From positions 11,688 to 75,687 of the IMG/VR virus record IMGVR_UViG_2974621193_000001: a DNA stretch of 64,000 bases; one strand, written 5' to 3'. The notes under the pieces were generated by a model that saw nothing but the letters and a program-made list of their open reading frames with translations, searched no databases and was not told the origin of the DNA. This DNA comes from a virus. Lineage: Duplodnaviria > Caudoviricetes. Below are positions 52,702-61,827 of this stretch, one piece after another (the first letter of the stretch is position 1; each line of letters starts with the position of its first letter). Made by a program: the position numbers and the translations under genes.

Positions 52702-54602
52702 TTCAACCTCTTCCCTAGGTGCTGCACTACCTTGCGGTAGTCCTCCGGCCCGTCCACCTGGCAGGTATCAAAGCCGTGTTCGTTGGGGGAGTCGACCCCC
52801 ATCCCTACTGCCATCAGTGTGATGTTGTTCTTCGCACAGTATGCGATCTCGGACTTAAGCACCCGCAGTTCCTCGGCGTAGTTGGACGCAGGCATCGCCC
52901 CGTCTGTGTAGTACATGAGGATGCGCTCGGTCGCACGCATTGTCTCGAGACGCTTGCGGTAGAACTGTAGCGAGTGTCCGTCCAGGTTGCCCGCCGAGGA
53001 CTGGATCGTGCGCAGCGCCTGCCGCGACTTGGTGCCCCACGGTTCGTCCGCTGTCTTGATCTGGTACATAGCGGGTCGGTCTTGGTAGTCACCGTGGCGG
53101 CGGCAGTACTCGGTGGTGTGTGCCCACACCTCGAACTTGATGCCGAGTCGGTGCAACACGTCCGCCATTGCGAGTACCGCGAACTTCTCTTCTTGCAGCG
53201 TGTGTCCACCAGTGGAGCCACTGATGTCCATGCCGATCACGACTGCGTAGTCCTTCTTGTCAGGCGTGATGCGCTTGGCGAACAGTCGATCGTCACCGAA
53301 GGGCACACGCTTGGCCAGCGTCTTGCCCGATACCCGCCCGCTCCGCTGGTTGCGGATGCGCTGTGACCGTGCGTTGTCGCCGAAGGTGATGCGTGCCTGG
53401 GTCAGCGCCGGGGTCAGGTTGCGCTCGTCGGACTTGAAGAGTGCTTCCGACATCGGTTGCCCGTATCCACGGTACGCCTCGCCTTGCAGTGCCGGGTAGA
53501 CGATCGGCGAGCCCACGTTCTCGGGCACGTGATCGAGGTGCTTGAGGGACTCGAGTGCATCCTTGATGTCCTCAGGTCGCAGCCCCTGCATCCCGCCGCT
53601 GTGTTCGCCACTGCCGCCGATGCTCTTGCTCTCGAGGTCGTCGGACTCGTCCGGCCCCTGCATGTGCACGCCGTGCCCGAACAAAGCCTTGAGCAGTTCC
53701 TGGATAGCCTTGATCAGCTCCTCCAGTTCCTCGTCGGCCTCGGGCTTGAGCATGTACCCTTCCTTGCGGAAGAGTGACAACGCCTGCGCTGCGATAGCGA
53801 AGGTCTCGATGGTATCGACAGCGTCGACACCAGCCTCCACCATGTCCCGCACCTTGCGAGTGCCGATGATCTCGAGGAGTTCCTCCTTGAAGTAGCCCTC
53901 GAGTTCATCGACCGGGAACCGCGCCGAGAACAGGTACGCCATCGCCAGCTGCATGTCGTCTTCCATGTCGATGTAGTGCTTGACCTCGCCGTTGATCTTC
54001 TCAACGCCGTGGATCAGCAGGTTCATCGACAGTGCATCGAACACCTCCTGCTCGGTCGGGTCGAAGTTCATACGCGCTGCATCACAGCGCATGTCCTCGC
54101 CGATCAGCATGAGCATCGACAGCCAGGGGTCACGCGCACTGTTCACCGCTGCAACCAGGGTTGGTGCCGTGTAGAGGTTGGCACTGATTGTAGACGTGAT
54201 GCTTGAATCAAGGTCGTGCACGTACCCACCACGCTGAAGGCACACATTCTCGGCACGGGTCCGATCGAACTTGGCAAACGATCCGTGCACGATGTGCCCG
54301 ATCTCGTGGTTGAGTACCTCCATCACCTCCTCCTGGGTGGCGCACGCTGGGCACACCGACAGGCCATCGGCTCTCGTGTTGCACATTCCGTTGTGTCGCT
54401 GCACCAGGCCGAGCTTGATCGGGGGCTCGATCCAGATGGTCTCGCCGTCGGTGAGACTGTTCTGCCCAGCCTGCAGCTTGAGACTAGGGTTGCCCGACAC
54501 CTTGCGAGCGTGGGAACGCAGCGCCGGGATCATGCGATTGAACTTGCGAACTGCAGACTCGGCCTGCTTCATACGAGCAGCGTCAACCTTGCTCACATCC
54601 AC
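52698..54602 (-). CDS. VWA-domain protein (CobT-like) with N-terminal HExxH motif
   Basis: MIDAS VVIGMDISGS, NLDG, YYTDGAMP; NHEIGHIVH near the N-terminus. Confidence 0.8.
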   Translation of the reverse strand: MDVSKVDAARMKQAESAVRKFNRMIPALRSHARKVSGNPSLKLQAGQNSLTDGETIWIEPPIKLGLVQRHNGMCNTRADGLSVCPACATQEEVMEVLNHEIGHIVHGSFAKFDRTRAENVCLQRGGYVHDLDSSITSTISANLYTAPTLVAAVNSARDPWLSMLMLIGEDMRCDAARMNFDPTEQEVFDALSMNLLIHGVEKINGEVKHYIDMEDDMQLAMAYLFSARFPVDELEGYFKEELLEIIGTRKVRDMVEAGVDAVDTIETFAIAAQALSLFRKEGYMLKPEADEELEELIKAIQELLKALFGHGVHMQGPDESDDLESKSIGGSGEHSGGMQGLRPEDIKDALESLKHLDHVPENVGSPIVYPALQGEAYRGYGQPMSEALFKSDERNLTPALTQARITFGDNARSQRIRNQRSGRVSGKTLAKRVPFGDDRLFAKRITPDKKDYAVVIGMDISGSTGGHTLQEEKFAVLAMADVLHRLGIKFEVWAHTTEYCRRHGDYQDRPAMYQIKTADEPWGTKSRQALRTIQSSAGNLDGHSLQFYRKRLETMRATERILMYYTDGAMPASNYAEELRVLKSEIAYCAKNNITLMAVGMGVDSPNEHGFDTCQVDGPEDYRKVVQHLGKRLK

Positions 54603-56149
54603 ACCTTGCCCTTCGTGTTCTGGCTGACGACGTTGCCAACCATCGCCTTCGTCTCAGGCTCGAGGTAGTCGAGCACCGCCAGGTTGTACGCCTTCTCGAT
54701 CGGGAACCAGGCAGTGGCTCGTGCCACCTTGATCTGGTTGCGGATGCCCCAGGTCAGTGGCACCTCGTCATTGTCGCTCATCTCGCGAATCGTCTTGGCG
54801 ATAGACATGATCGAGTCCAGCGTCTGGTTCGGGATGTCATACCCGTCGAGCTTGCAGCGATCCTCGATGATCTGCCGCTCGAGATTCTCGGGTGGCATGT
54901 CCACGAAGATGTGCATGAGGCGTGACCCGTCAGCGTCACCGATGACCTGCGCACCGACGTTGCGATGATCCCAGGCAGGGTTCATCGCCATGCCGAGGAA
55001 GCAGAACTGGTTGCGCTGCACTGCCTCACCCTCGTTGGCATCGTTGATCAGCTGCTTGCTGTTGTCAGTGAGCGGGCGGATGAACTGCCACACCTCGGGC
55101 GGACCTGTGTTCGGCTCGTCGAGCACTACCACGTTCGGCTTCTTCCACGCCGACACGATGCGCCCGTCCTTGAACACAGTCTCGTTGTCCTCGAAGAACA
55201 TCTTGCCGGCCAGGTCGTCCTTCTCCGACTCGCCCGTGATCGAGATGCGCTCGAACGGTAGCTGCATGAGCCATGCCATGTACCGGAAGAACTCCGTCTT
55301 GCCCGTGCCCGCCTTGCCGTGCAGTGCAGGGGTCTCGTCGAGCATGAACCACAGTGCTGCGACTGTGAACGTCAGCCCCATGTGGTCGATGTAAGTCTCG
55401 GGATGCTCCTGGTCACCAGTCGAAGGGATCTTCGCCTGCTCTTCCGGCGAGAAGATCTCACGCTTGAAGATCGGGATGAACAACTCCCGCTTGCCCTGTG
55501 TGATGCGACGCCAGGCGCGGATGCCTGCTGCATCCTGGGATGCGCTGACCGGGCGGTCAGTCGGGTACGTGCTCGGCTCGATCGAAGTGTCCACCGAGTC
55601 CTTGTTCCACAGCTTCGTACCACCGGGCACGTCGTGCGGCGTGAGGAACTTGGCCAGGCCTGGGTCGAGTGTGATCGAGTCGATCATTGCCTTGCGATGT
55701 GCAGTCACGTCGGTGACCTCACCACGCTTGGACTCGCCACAGTTGCGTGCGATCTGGGCGGCGTGCAGATCGGGGATGAGCTTGCCGAAGCGTGCGCACG
55801 CTCCCATGCCGATGCCGAACTTCTCCGACACGGCGACGGGTGCGATGTAGAAGTAGCAGGCCTTGCATGTCTTGGCCGGGCCGCTGGATGCGACAGGGTT
55901 GTTCGGCGTGCCAACTCCGATCGTCGGAGCGATGACCACTTCCTTGTTGTTGGTGCTGTGCTGACTGCACACAGAACCAACCTCCTCCATGCGTTCAATC
56001 ACCTGGTCGGCAGGCATTCCAGTGGTGCCCAGCACCATGCCTCGCACTCGGCAGGTGACCAGGTTGGTGGGCTTGCCGTAGATTCTGGTCTGCTGCGCAG
56101 TGTCGTTCACTGCGACTACATGCGGGCATGTGGAACAGCTCTTGCTCAT
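54593..56149 (-). CDS. MoxR/CobS-like AAA+ ATPase with Cys-rich N-terminal region
   Basis: Walker A LHGKAGTGKT, Walker B VVVLDEPNT, AMNP, SRL; N-terminal CSTC, C, C, CKAC, C, C. Confidence 0.85.
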   Translation of the reverse strand: MSKSCSTCPHVVAVNDTAQQTRIYGKPTNLVTCRVRGMVLGTTGMPADQVIERMEEVGSVCSQHSTNNKEVVIAPTIGVGTPNNPVASSGPAKTCKACYFYIAPVAVSEKFGIGMGACARFGKLIPDLHAAQIARNCGESKRGEVTDVTAHRKAMIDSITLDPGLAKFLTPHDVPGGTKLWNKDSVDTSIEPSTYPTDRPVSASQDAAGIRAWRRITQGKRELFIPIFKREIFSPEEQAKIPSTGDQEHPETYIDHMGLTFTVAALWFMLDETPALHGKAGTGKTEFFRYMAWLMQLPFERISITGESEKDDLAGKMFFEDNETVFKDGRIVSAWKKPNVVVLDEPNTGPPEVWQFIRPLTDNSKQLINDANEGEAVQRNQFCFLGMAMNPAWDHRNVGAQVIGDADGSRLMHIFVDMPPENLERQIIEDRCKLDGYDIPNQTLDSIMSIAKTIREMSDNDEVPLTWGIRNQIKVARATAWFPIEKAYNLAVLDYLEPETKAMVGNVVSQNTKGKVWM

Positions 56150-56156
56150 ATGTGGT

Positions 56157-56176
56157 GCACTCCTTACGGTAGTGAG
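56157..56176 (-). promoter_or_regulatory. 20-bp start-associated sequence, copy 1
   Basis: Minus strand CTCACTACCGTAAGGAGTGC includes the SD of the AAA+ gene; identical to 58778-58797. Confidence 0.75.
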
Positions 56177-56203
56177 TATGTGTTAGTCAGTGGCACGGTG
56201 GTG

Positions 56204-56232
56204 ATACTACCACGGTTGCCAGCTATTGTCAA
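56204..56232 (-). promoter_or_regulatory. SigA-type promoter for the AAA+/VWA operon
   Basis: Minus strand TTGACA, 17 bp, extended -10 TGG-TAGTAT. Confidence 0.7.
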
Positions 56233-56888
56233 ATGTTTTCTTTGTCCTCCCGATTCCGTTGCTGCTCGTAGTTGCGCTTTCGCTCGTGTCGTGAGCACAT
56301 GGGCACCACTCGCTTCGGGTTGACCTGCACCAGCGGGCAGCCCTGTTCTATCTCGACGTGGTCGACGTCGACGATGCGCTCGCCTGCGTCCACGAACTGC
56401 TCGGCTACCTCGCGCACGCACTCAACGCACTTGCGCGAGGGGTGCACGAGCATGTAGCTGAACTTCTTCTCGGCTGCGTAGATCGGGCTCGGCAGTAGCT
56501 CGTACGGGTAGATGCCCTGGTACTCGGACAGCTGATTGAGGATGCGCTTCACCCGGCTGATCTTGACGTAGTAGTCTTGCCAGAGCGCTTCACCTTCGCT
56601 CTCGATCATGCCAGCCACGGTGACCGGGAACACTGGCTCACGATCCTCGGTGAACATCGAGCCATTGAACTGGGCGGCGCACTCGGTGGTGTTCTCGTCA
56701 TCCCAGCTGTCGTTGAAGATGGACTGCAACCAGTGGTAGTGAGTGATGGTGTAGTCACCCACGTTGACCTCAGTGAAGGTCGGCTCCACCGGCATGTCCA
56801 TCACCATGATCTCGAGCCGAGGCGGGTTGATGTAGTCGCCCGAAAGCGCCGGGTCATACACCTCGGCAGCAGTAACGCTCAGGCTCAT
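56229..56888 (-). CDS. hypothetical protein with C-terminal CVEC...CSRH Zn site
   Basis: ATGA coupling at 56888. Confidence 0.6.
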   Translation of the reverse strand: MSLSVTAAEVYDPALSGDYINPPRLEIMVMDMPVEPTFTEVNVGDYTITHYHWLQSIFNDSWDDENTTECAAQFNGSMFTEDREPVFPVTVAGMIESEGEALWQDYYVKISRVKRILNQLSEYQGIYPYELLPSPIYAAEKKFSYMLVHPSRKCVECVREVAEQFVDAGERIVDVDHVEIEQGCPLVQVNPKRVVPMCSRHERKRNYEQQRNREDKENI

Positions 56889-57088
56889 CCCGACATCGCC
56901 TCCCGGACCACTTCCACCTTGCCCTCGCGTACGAGGTGGAACCAGTTCACGTCGCGCCTTCCGCTGTCGGTCGGAACCGTGCAGGGCTTGCCCGCCCGTG
57001 CGAAGCACGCCTCGCACTCGAAGTTGAGCGGTGTGATCTCGGTTCCGTCAGGCATCACAAACTTCTTGATTTCTTTGTGCAGTGTCAT
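56885..57088 (-). CDS. small phage Zn-binding protein
   Basis: SD aggagg; CEACFARAGKPC...FHLVR. Confidence 0.65.
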   Translation of the reverse strand: MTLHKEIKKFVMPDGTEITPLNFECEACFARAGKPCTVPTDSGRRDVNWFHLVREGKVEVVREAMSG

Positions 57089-57096
57089 GTGTCCTC

Positions 57097-57519
57097 CTAC
57101 TTCAGGCATGGGTTGCCTTCTTTCTCGTAACGATCGAGCTTCGATGTAGCATCACCGATTGCAACCCAGGCGTTATCCATCTGGTTCTGCACACTCTTCA
57201 TCTGGCCTTGAAGTTCTTTAATCTTGAACGGGTCTTGGTTGAAGATGTTCAGCTGAATGTCGTCAAGCATCTGCTTCATGCGACCCTTCGCAAGGGATAG
57301 CTCCCACTGCCCGTCGACCAAGTTGTCCACCTCTTCGAGATACCATTGGCACTGCGGGCTTACCTTGCGTGGCACCTCCTTCTCTACCTGTTCGGTGACG
57401 TACACCTTCATAGGTTCTTGTGGTTCAGTGTCGGGCTGTGTAGCACTGGAAGCCTCGGCCATCCAGATGGCACCTACCATAGATGCGCCGAGGATGAATC
57501 CAGTTATCCGTTGCTTCAT
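57097..57519 (-). CDS. membrane-anchored coiled-coil protein
   Basis: N-terminal hydrophobic ITGFILGASMVGAIWMA. Confidence 0.6.
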   Translation of the reverse strand: MKQRITGFILGASMVGAIWMAEASSATQPDTEPQEPMKVYVTEQVEKEVPRKVSPQCQWYLEEVDNLVDGQWELSLAKGRMKQMLDDIQLNIFNQDPFKIKELQGQMKSVQNQMDNAWVAIGDATSKLDRYEKEGNPCLK

Positions 57520-57522
57520 GGA

Positions 57523-58434
57523 TCAGTCTCGGGATGCAGCTCCCGGCACCCACGCTCCGAAGTTCTCGTCGACGTACTCAACGATCTCGGGTCGGCGCGT
57601 GATGCACTCGGAACCGAGCCTGTAGTACCGTGACTTGTCATCGGTCAGCTCCCTTCCACAGTTCACGCACTCCTTGAAGCGCTCGCCGTACCGATCAGCG
57701 CACCCGGCCTTGTCCATCATAACCTGAACCAACAGGTCAGCGACCACCGAGCCATGCACCTCGTTGCGCCCGGTCACCATGCCCGAAGGCCAGAACTTCT
57801 GGAGCTCGAGCCAGTCATCGCTCGACTTGTAGCGCACGTCCCGATACTCCTCGTTGGAGTTCTTCGTCGTGCGCGTGGCCAGCTTGAGGAACACTGTCTG
57901 CTTGCCGTCGTCAGATGTGACAGCGTATCGCCCGTCTGGGATCATGCGCAGCACGTTCTTGTCGAGCTTGTCGGTGACCGGAATTGGCTGCGCTGGCTGG
58001 GGCGTGCCCGATGCCACTGCGTCAGTGTAGTCGCGGTCCTCCTCTGCCACGTTGCCGAGCACCTTGAGCTCGCTGATGACCTGGCTGGCTTCGAGCATGG
58101 ATGTAATCGGAGGCTCGACTCGTGCGAACTTCTCGTCGCACAGTATCTCGATCAGCTTCCGCTGCTTCGGGGTCGCCGAGTACAGCCTGCGCTTGTCGCT
58201 CGGGTTGGTCGGTCCAGCGCTGACCACGCGCTGCTTCACCTTGCCAGTGGCAACAACACTCCCGCCAGTGGGCACCGGCGAGGTGAGCTTGGCTGCCTCG
58301 TTGTTGATGTTGTCGAGCACAGTCATGTAGCCAGTCATCGCCGTCTTGTGCCGGTCACACTCACGCTCAATCCCGGTACGCAGTAGTGCGATCTCACGCA
58401 GCAGCTGTGCGTGCGGGTCAGGAGATGCGGTCAT
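57523..58434 (-). CDS. hypothetical protein with C-terminal DUF6011-like Zn ribbon
   Basis: ATPKQRKLI motif; CVNCGRELTDDKSRYYRLGSEC. Confidence 0.65.
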   Translation of the reverse strand: MTASPDPHAQLLREIALLRTGIERECDRHKTAMTGYMTVLDNINNEAAKLTSPVPTGGSVVATGKVKQRVVSAGPTNPSDKRRLYSATPKQRKLIEILCDEKFARVEPPITSMLEASQVISELKVLGNVAEEDRDYTDAVASGTPQPAQPIPVTDKLDKNVLRMIPDGRYAVTSDDGKQTVFLKLATRTTKNSNEEYRDVRYKSSDDWLELQKFWPSGMVTGRNEVHGSVVADLLVQVMMDKAGCADRYGERFKECVNCGRELTDDKSRYYRLGSECITRRPEIVEYVDENFGAWVPGAASRD

Positions 58435-58771
58435 GCTTGACCTCCTCGATGGTAGCGAAGCCGATGTGCTCGCCGTCGTGATCGGTCACGAAGAACTCGC
58501 TGAAGCTGTCCGTCTCGAGCGTCAGCTTGAGTCCCACGTTGTCGCCGAGGTCGGCCATCAGCCGGTCATGCAGTGCCTGCTTCGCAGCCCGATAGTCGGG
58601 TCGGTCAGCGATCTCGAAGGTCACGATTCGTGATGACCCGAGGTGTTCCCTCGCCGATGCTTCACCGCGCCACGTTGGTGACACGCGGACCGCTAGAGGG
58701 TCGGCGTGCGGGTCAGCGGGGGCGCAGCGATCGGTGGTCGTGATGTCGTCGGGTCGGTTGTGTTTACCCAT
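58418..58771 (-). CDS. hypothetical protein
   Basis: SD aaggag within the start-associated sequence + ATG 58771. Confidence 0.6.
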   Translation of the reverse strand: MGKHNRPDDITTTDRCAPADPHADPLAVRVSPTWRGEASAREHLGSSRIVTFEIADRPDYRAAKQALHDRLMADLGDNVGLKLTLETDSFSEFFVTDHDGEHIGFATIEEVKHDRIS

Positions 58772-58777
58772 GCGGGC

Positions 58778-58797
58778 GCACTCCTTACGGTAGTGAG
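58778..58797 (-). promoter_or_regulatory. 20-bp start-associated sequence, copy 2
   Basis: Identical to 56157-56176. Confidence 0.75.
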
Positions 58798-58814
58798 ATG
58801 TGTAGTTGTTCAGG

Positions 58815-58946
58815 TCAGTCTTCGTCGGGCTCGTCGTCGTCCTCGGTGTGACAGTCGAAGCACAGGTACTCCTGCCCGAGGTCACACCAGTCGAAGATCG
58901 GATGCACCAGCTCCCCACAGCTGTTGCATCTCGGGTAGGTGGTCAC
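58815..58946 (-). CDS. 43-aa Zn-finger peptide (not in ORF track)
   Basis: MTTYPRCNSCGE...LCFDCH + acidic tail; SD gaggag. Confidence 0.55.
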   Translation of the reverse strand: MTTYPRCNSCGELVHPIFDWCDLGQEYLCFDCHTEDDDEPDED

Positions 58947-58947
58947 G

Positions 58948-59130
58948 TTACTCCTCGGTGTCGCGCTTCCTGATACCGAGGAGACGCTCGTGTCTGATGT
59001 CAGACACGCGGCGTGCCTCGATCTCGATTCGGATACCGTCCTCCCGAAGTTCGCTCTGCAGTGCAGCGAGTTCCTCGTCGGACAGCTTGTTGAGCTGGCG
59101 CGTAGTACGCGGCTCCATCATGGAGCTCAT
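58948..59130 (-). CDS. small helical protein
   Basis: ATGA coupling at 59130; LNKLSDEELAAL. Confidence 0.55.
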   Translation of the reverse strand: MSSMMEPRTTRQLNKLSDEELAALQSELREDGIRIEIEARRVSDIRHERLLGIRKRDTEE

Positions 59131-59231
59131 CCGCGTGCTCCGAGGAACTTGACCAGGCTCACGCGCTTGACCAGGTTGACACGGTAGCGGGTGACAGGTC
59201 GGCGCTTCGGGTGATCGTAGCTGATGCTCAT
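59127..59231 (-). CDS. 34-aa basic peptide
   Basis: SD aaggggag + ATG 59231. Confidence 0.5.
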   Translation of the reverse strand: MSISYDHPKRRPVTRYRVNLVKRVSLVKFLGARG

Positions 59232-59269
59232 GGTGGGTGCTCCCCTTTTCAGTGGTGATGGAATGGAAA

Positions 59270-59303
59270 CAGGCCACGTCACCCTCTCGAGTGACGTGGC
59301 CTG
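59270..59303 (-). terminator. 13-bp stem hairpin
   Basis: caggccacgtcac / gtgacgtggcctg downstream of the 59326 stop. Confidence 0.55.
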
Positions 59304-59325
59304 CGGTACTGCGGTGACCCTTAGG

Positions 59326-60303
59326 TCAGTTCTTCGTGGCGCCCTTGGTCCCGGCCTCGTTGGTGCCGGGCGTGATGCCCTCGACGTTGCACTTCGAGGC
59401 GTCACCCTGCGGGAACAGGCGGGCCGACACGGCGCCCGAGCTGGGCGCGTCGTCACCGTACTCCTCGGACTTGTGCTTGACAATCTCGGACACGGTCAGG
59501 AACCGTCCCGACTCCACGCCCTCGAATGCGCTCGTGATGTGCGCACCGACGTTGCGGCGGACTCCGTTGAAGGGCTGGCGGACGCCACCGCCACCGCTGG
59601 CGCGTCGGCCACCGATGCCCTTACCCTGGAAGACCTTCACCGCTGCGGCCGCGATACCGTTGAGCTCGGGCTCCTCGCCACGTGTCTCCTCGTCGGCCTC
59701 GAGCCAGTCGAGGTACGCGGTGGCCTGGTTGTACGCGGCATCGGTCGAGGGGACCTCGTAGTCCTCGGCCTCGGTCGGGACGCGGTCGGTCAGGAGCGAC
59801 AGCCCCAGCTCCAGGACGGCGACGCGCTCGCCGAACGCCTCCTTCGGGTCGACCTTCGGTGCGGTCGCCTTCGGTGCGGGCTTCGTGGTCCGCAGCTTCT
59901 CGGACACCTCGTTGTACGAGACTGCCTTGATGTACTCACCCGCGGGCAGCGCCGCCTTCATCGACTCGTCGACGAAGTCCTTCGCGAGGTTCTTGTACTT
60001 GATGCCACCCGTCACGCCACGGTAGGCCTCGGCGACCTTGTCGAGGTCGGCCTCGGACACGGTGCCCGTGCTCGGGTCGGCCGCCTCGACGGCTTCGGTC
60101 ACCACGGTCTTGAACGCCTCGACGTTGGGCAGGTGCTCGGCGTCGGCGGCAGCCTGCTTGGCAGCCTTGTCCACGTCCTCGGTGCTGGCGGGGGTCTGGG
60201 TCGGTTCGGTCACGGTGGCCTCCTGTGCCTCGTTGGTCGGCGCCTCGGTCGAGACGTCGTCGGTGGTGGTGATCTCTTCGTCGAAGATGTCGGTGCGTGC
60301 CAT
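59326..60303 (-). CDS. acidic protein with C-terminal winged-helix-like domain; probably highly expressed
   Basis: SD aggagg + ATG 60303; extreme GC3 bias; FLTVSEIV...APSSGAVSARLF. Confidence 0.7.
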   Translation of the reverse strand: MARTDIFDEEITTTDDVSTEAPTNEAQEATVTEPTQTPASTEDVDKAAKQAAADAEHLPNVEAFKTVVTEAVEAADPSTGTVSEADLDKVAEAYRGVTGGIKYKNLAKDFVDESMKAALPAGEYIKAVSYNEVSEKLRTTKPAPKATAPKVDPKEAFGERVAVLELGLSLLTDRVPTEAEDYEVPSTDAAYNQATAYLDWLEADEETRGEEPELNGIAAAAVKVFQGKGIGGRRASGGGGVRQPFNGVRRNVGAHITSAFEGVESGRFLTVSEIVKHKSEEYGDDAPSSGAVSARLFPQGDASKCNVEGITPGTNEAGTKGATKN

Positions 60304-60361
60304 GATGATTACCTCCTGGTTGGTGGGCGTCGTGCGCCCGTGTGTTTTTCGTGATGTGTTC

Positions 60362-60391
60362 ACCCTACCCTGGCGAGTAGGTTCAATGCAA
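60362..60391 (-). promoter_or_regulatory. putative promoter
   Basis: Minus strand TTGCAT, 18 bp, TAGGGT; GGTACTAG motif at 60399-60406 just upstream. Confidence 0.4.
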
Positions 60392-60422
60392 CAACTGCGG
60401 TACTAGTTCGGTGTGATCTACG

Positions 60423-60710
60423 TCACACATATTCACGTGTCACGTATGCGACGGTGTCACCCTCCCTCCATACAGCGAACGAGAGCTTCAGCTCGTCACC
60501 GAGGCGCGTCCACACCAGCTCCCGAGTTGTGTTCGGGTTGGCTAGTCGGATCATAGCTTCAGTGTTTCCGAACATACCCGCCCGCGTGCCGAAGATGCGG
60601 GAATCACGCAACGTGCCTGCGCGCCACACTGCCACGCGGTAGCGTGCGTGCTCCGGCCAGGTGGTCGGGATCAGGTGGGTCGGGACTGGGACCACGTTCG
60701 GCAGCGGCAT
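60423..60710 (-). CDS. hypothetical protein
   Basis: TAATG coupling at 60710. Confidence 0.55.
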   Translation of the reverse strand: MPLPNVVPVPTHLIPTTWPEHARYRVAVWRAGTLRDSRIFGTRAGMFGNTEAMIRLANPNTTRELVWTRLGDELKLSFAVWREGDTVAYVTREYV

Positions 60711-60988
60711 TAGATCACCGCCAGTAGTTCGCCGATGGACACCTGCTCGTCGTCGAGGTGCCACGTCAGGACCTCCGGCGACTGCAGCCACGTGATCAGG
60801 TCGGGCGTGCTGTCAAACGCCTCGTAGCACTCGAGGTCACCCTTGTTATGGGCGATCACACACCAGCCGCGCCCCACTTCCTCGATGACTACGTCCAGGC
60901 TGGGCGAACCGTAGTCGCTGTGTTTGCGCGCGAAGGCGTAGGACACCTGCGCGGTGATCTGGTGGGTTGTTTCGGTCACGGTCATCAC
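60710..60988 (-). CDS. hypothetical protein
   Basis: SD gaaggag; GTGA coupling. Confidence 0.55.
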   Translation of the reverse strand: MMTVTETTHQITAQVSYAFARKHSDYGSPSLDVVIEEVGRGWCVIAHNKGDLECYEAFDSTPDLITWLQSPEVLTWHLDDEQVSIGELLAVI

Positions 60989-61077
60989 AACTCCTTCTTC
61001 GTGCAGCACGCCCACACAACTACAGCGATCACGGCGAGGAGGAACAGGTGTCCACCGTGGAAAATGATGGTCGGCAT
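60985..61077 (-). CDS. 30-aa membrane peptide
   Basis: MPTIIFHGGHLFLLAVIAVVVWACCTKKEL. Confidence 0.5.
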   Translation of the reverse strand: MPTIIFHGGHLFLLAVIAVVVWACCTKKEL

Positions 61078-61078
61078 G

Positions 61079-61231
61079 TCACAGCTCCCCTGGCATCTTG
61101 GCGTTGGGACCACACACGCCGTTGCCCATTGTGGCGCAGTCCCAGAACAGGTTGTCCTCGTAGACGGTCGGGTCACCGTTCTGGGTGACAATCGCGTACA
61201 GGGTGCTGAGCACCTCCCACACGGCGCTCAT
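61079..61231 (-). CDS. 50-aa protein with WDCATMGNGVCGP motif
   Basis: ATGA coupling at 61231. Confidence 0.55.
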   Translation of the reverse strand: MSAVWEVLSTLYAIVTQNGDPTVYEDNLFWDCATMGNGVCGPNAKMPGEL

Positions 61232-61392
61232 GCGTTGCCACGCTCGGCGCTGGTGCGAACCCACCCGACAATCGGTGCCACCCCGACTGCCGACATGCGC
61301 TCGAGCTCACGTAGCTCCGATGCCCGCAGGCGTCGACCACGGTGGACCTGGTTGGACGTGCGGACCTGGTTGCGCCTGATTGTTTTTGCCAT
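61228..61392 (-). CDS. 54-aa basic protein (not in ORF track)
   Basis: SD gaaaggg + ATG 61392; MAKTIRRNQVRTSNQVHRGRRL... Confidence 0.55.
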   Translation of the reverse strand: MAKTIRRNQVRTSNQVHRGRRLRASELRELERMSAVGVAPIVGWVRTSAERGNA

Positions 61393-61432
61393 TGTGCTGC
61401 CCTTTCGGTGCTGTGTTGGTTGGTTGTGCGGG

Positions 61433-61780
61433 TTAGTTGCGTGCGGTCAGTCGGTCGAGGTCGGCACTGTACTCGGCCCGTGCCACGCGGCCGATCAGTT
61501 CCACGCCGATATTGTGCAGTCGGGTCGGGTCATCCAACTCACGGCGCTGCAGCGGCATCGACACTTCCATGTCGTGCCACTCCCACCCGTCGGTGCTGTG
61601 TTCCACGTGCACCCACATGCCTTCGTCGGGGGTGCGGCGCCACGGTTCGCCACGCAGTCGATAGTGACCCGCGAGAATCGCCTCGTCGCCCGACCCGTCG
61701 ATGTCGGCGAGTGTTTCGGTCATATGGCGCAGTGCCATTGTGTGCCACGTACGGTTTGGGGACTGATTGAAGGTTGCCAT
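61433..61780 (-). CDS. hypothetical early protein
   Basis: SD gaaagg + ATG 61780. Confidence 0.6.
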   Translation of the reverse strand: MATFNQSPNRTWHTMALRHMTETLADIDGSGDEAILAGHYRLRGEPWRRTPDEGMWVHVEHSTDGWEWHDMEVSMPLQRRELDDPTRLHNIGVELIGRVARAEYSADLDRLTARN

Positions 61781-61827
61781 TGTTCGGCCTTTCACGGTCG
61801 GTCGGTGGTGTGGGTTGGATGGATGGA

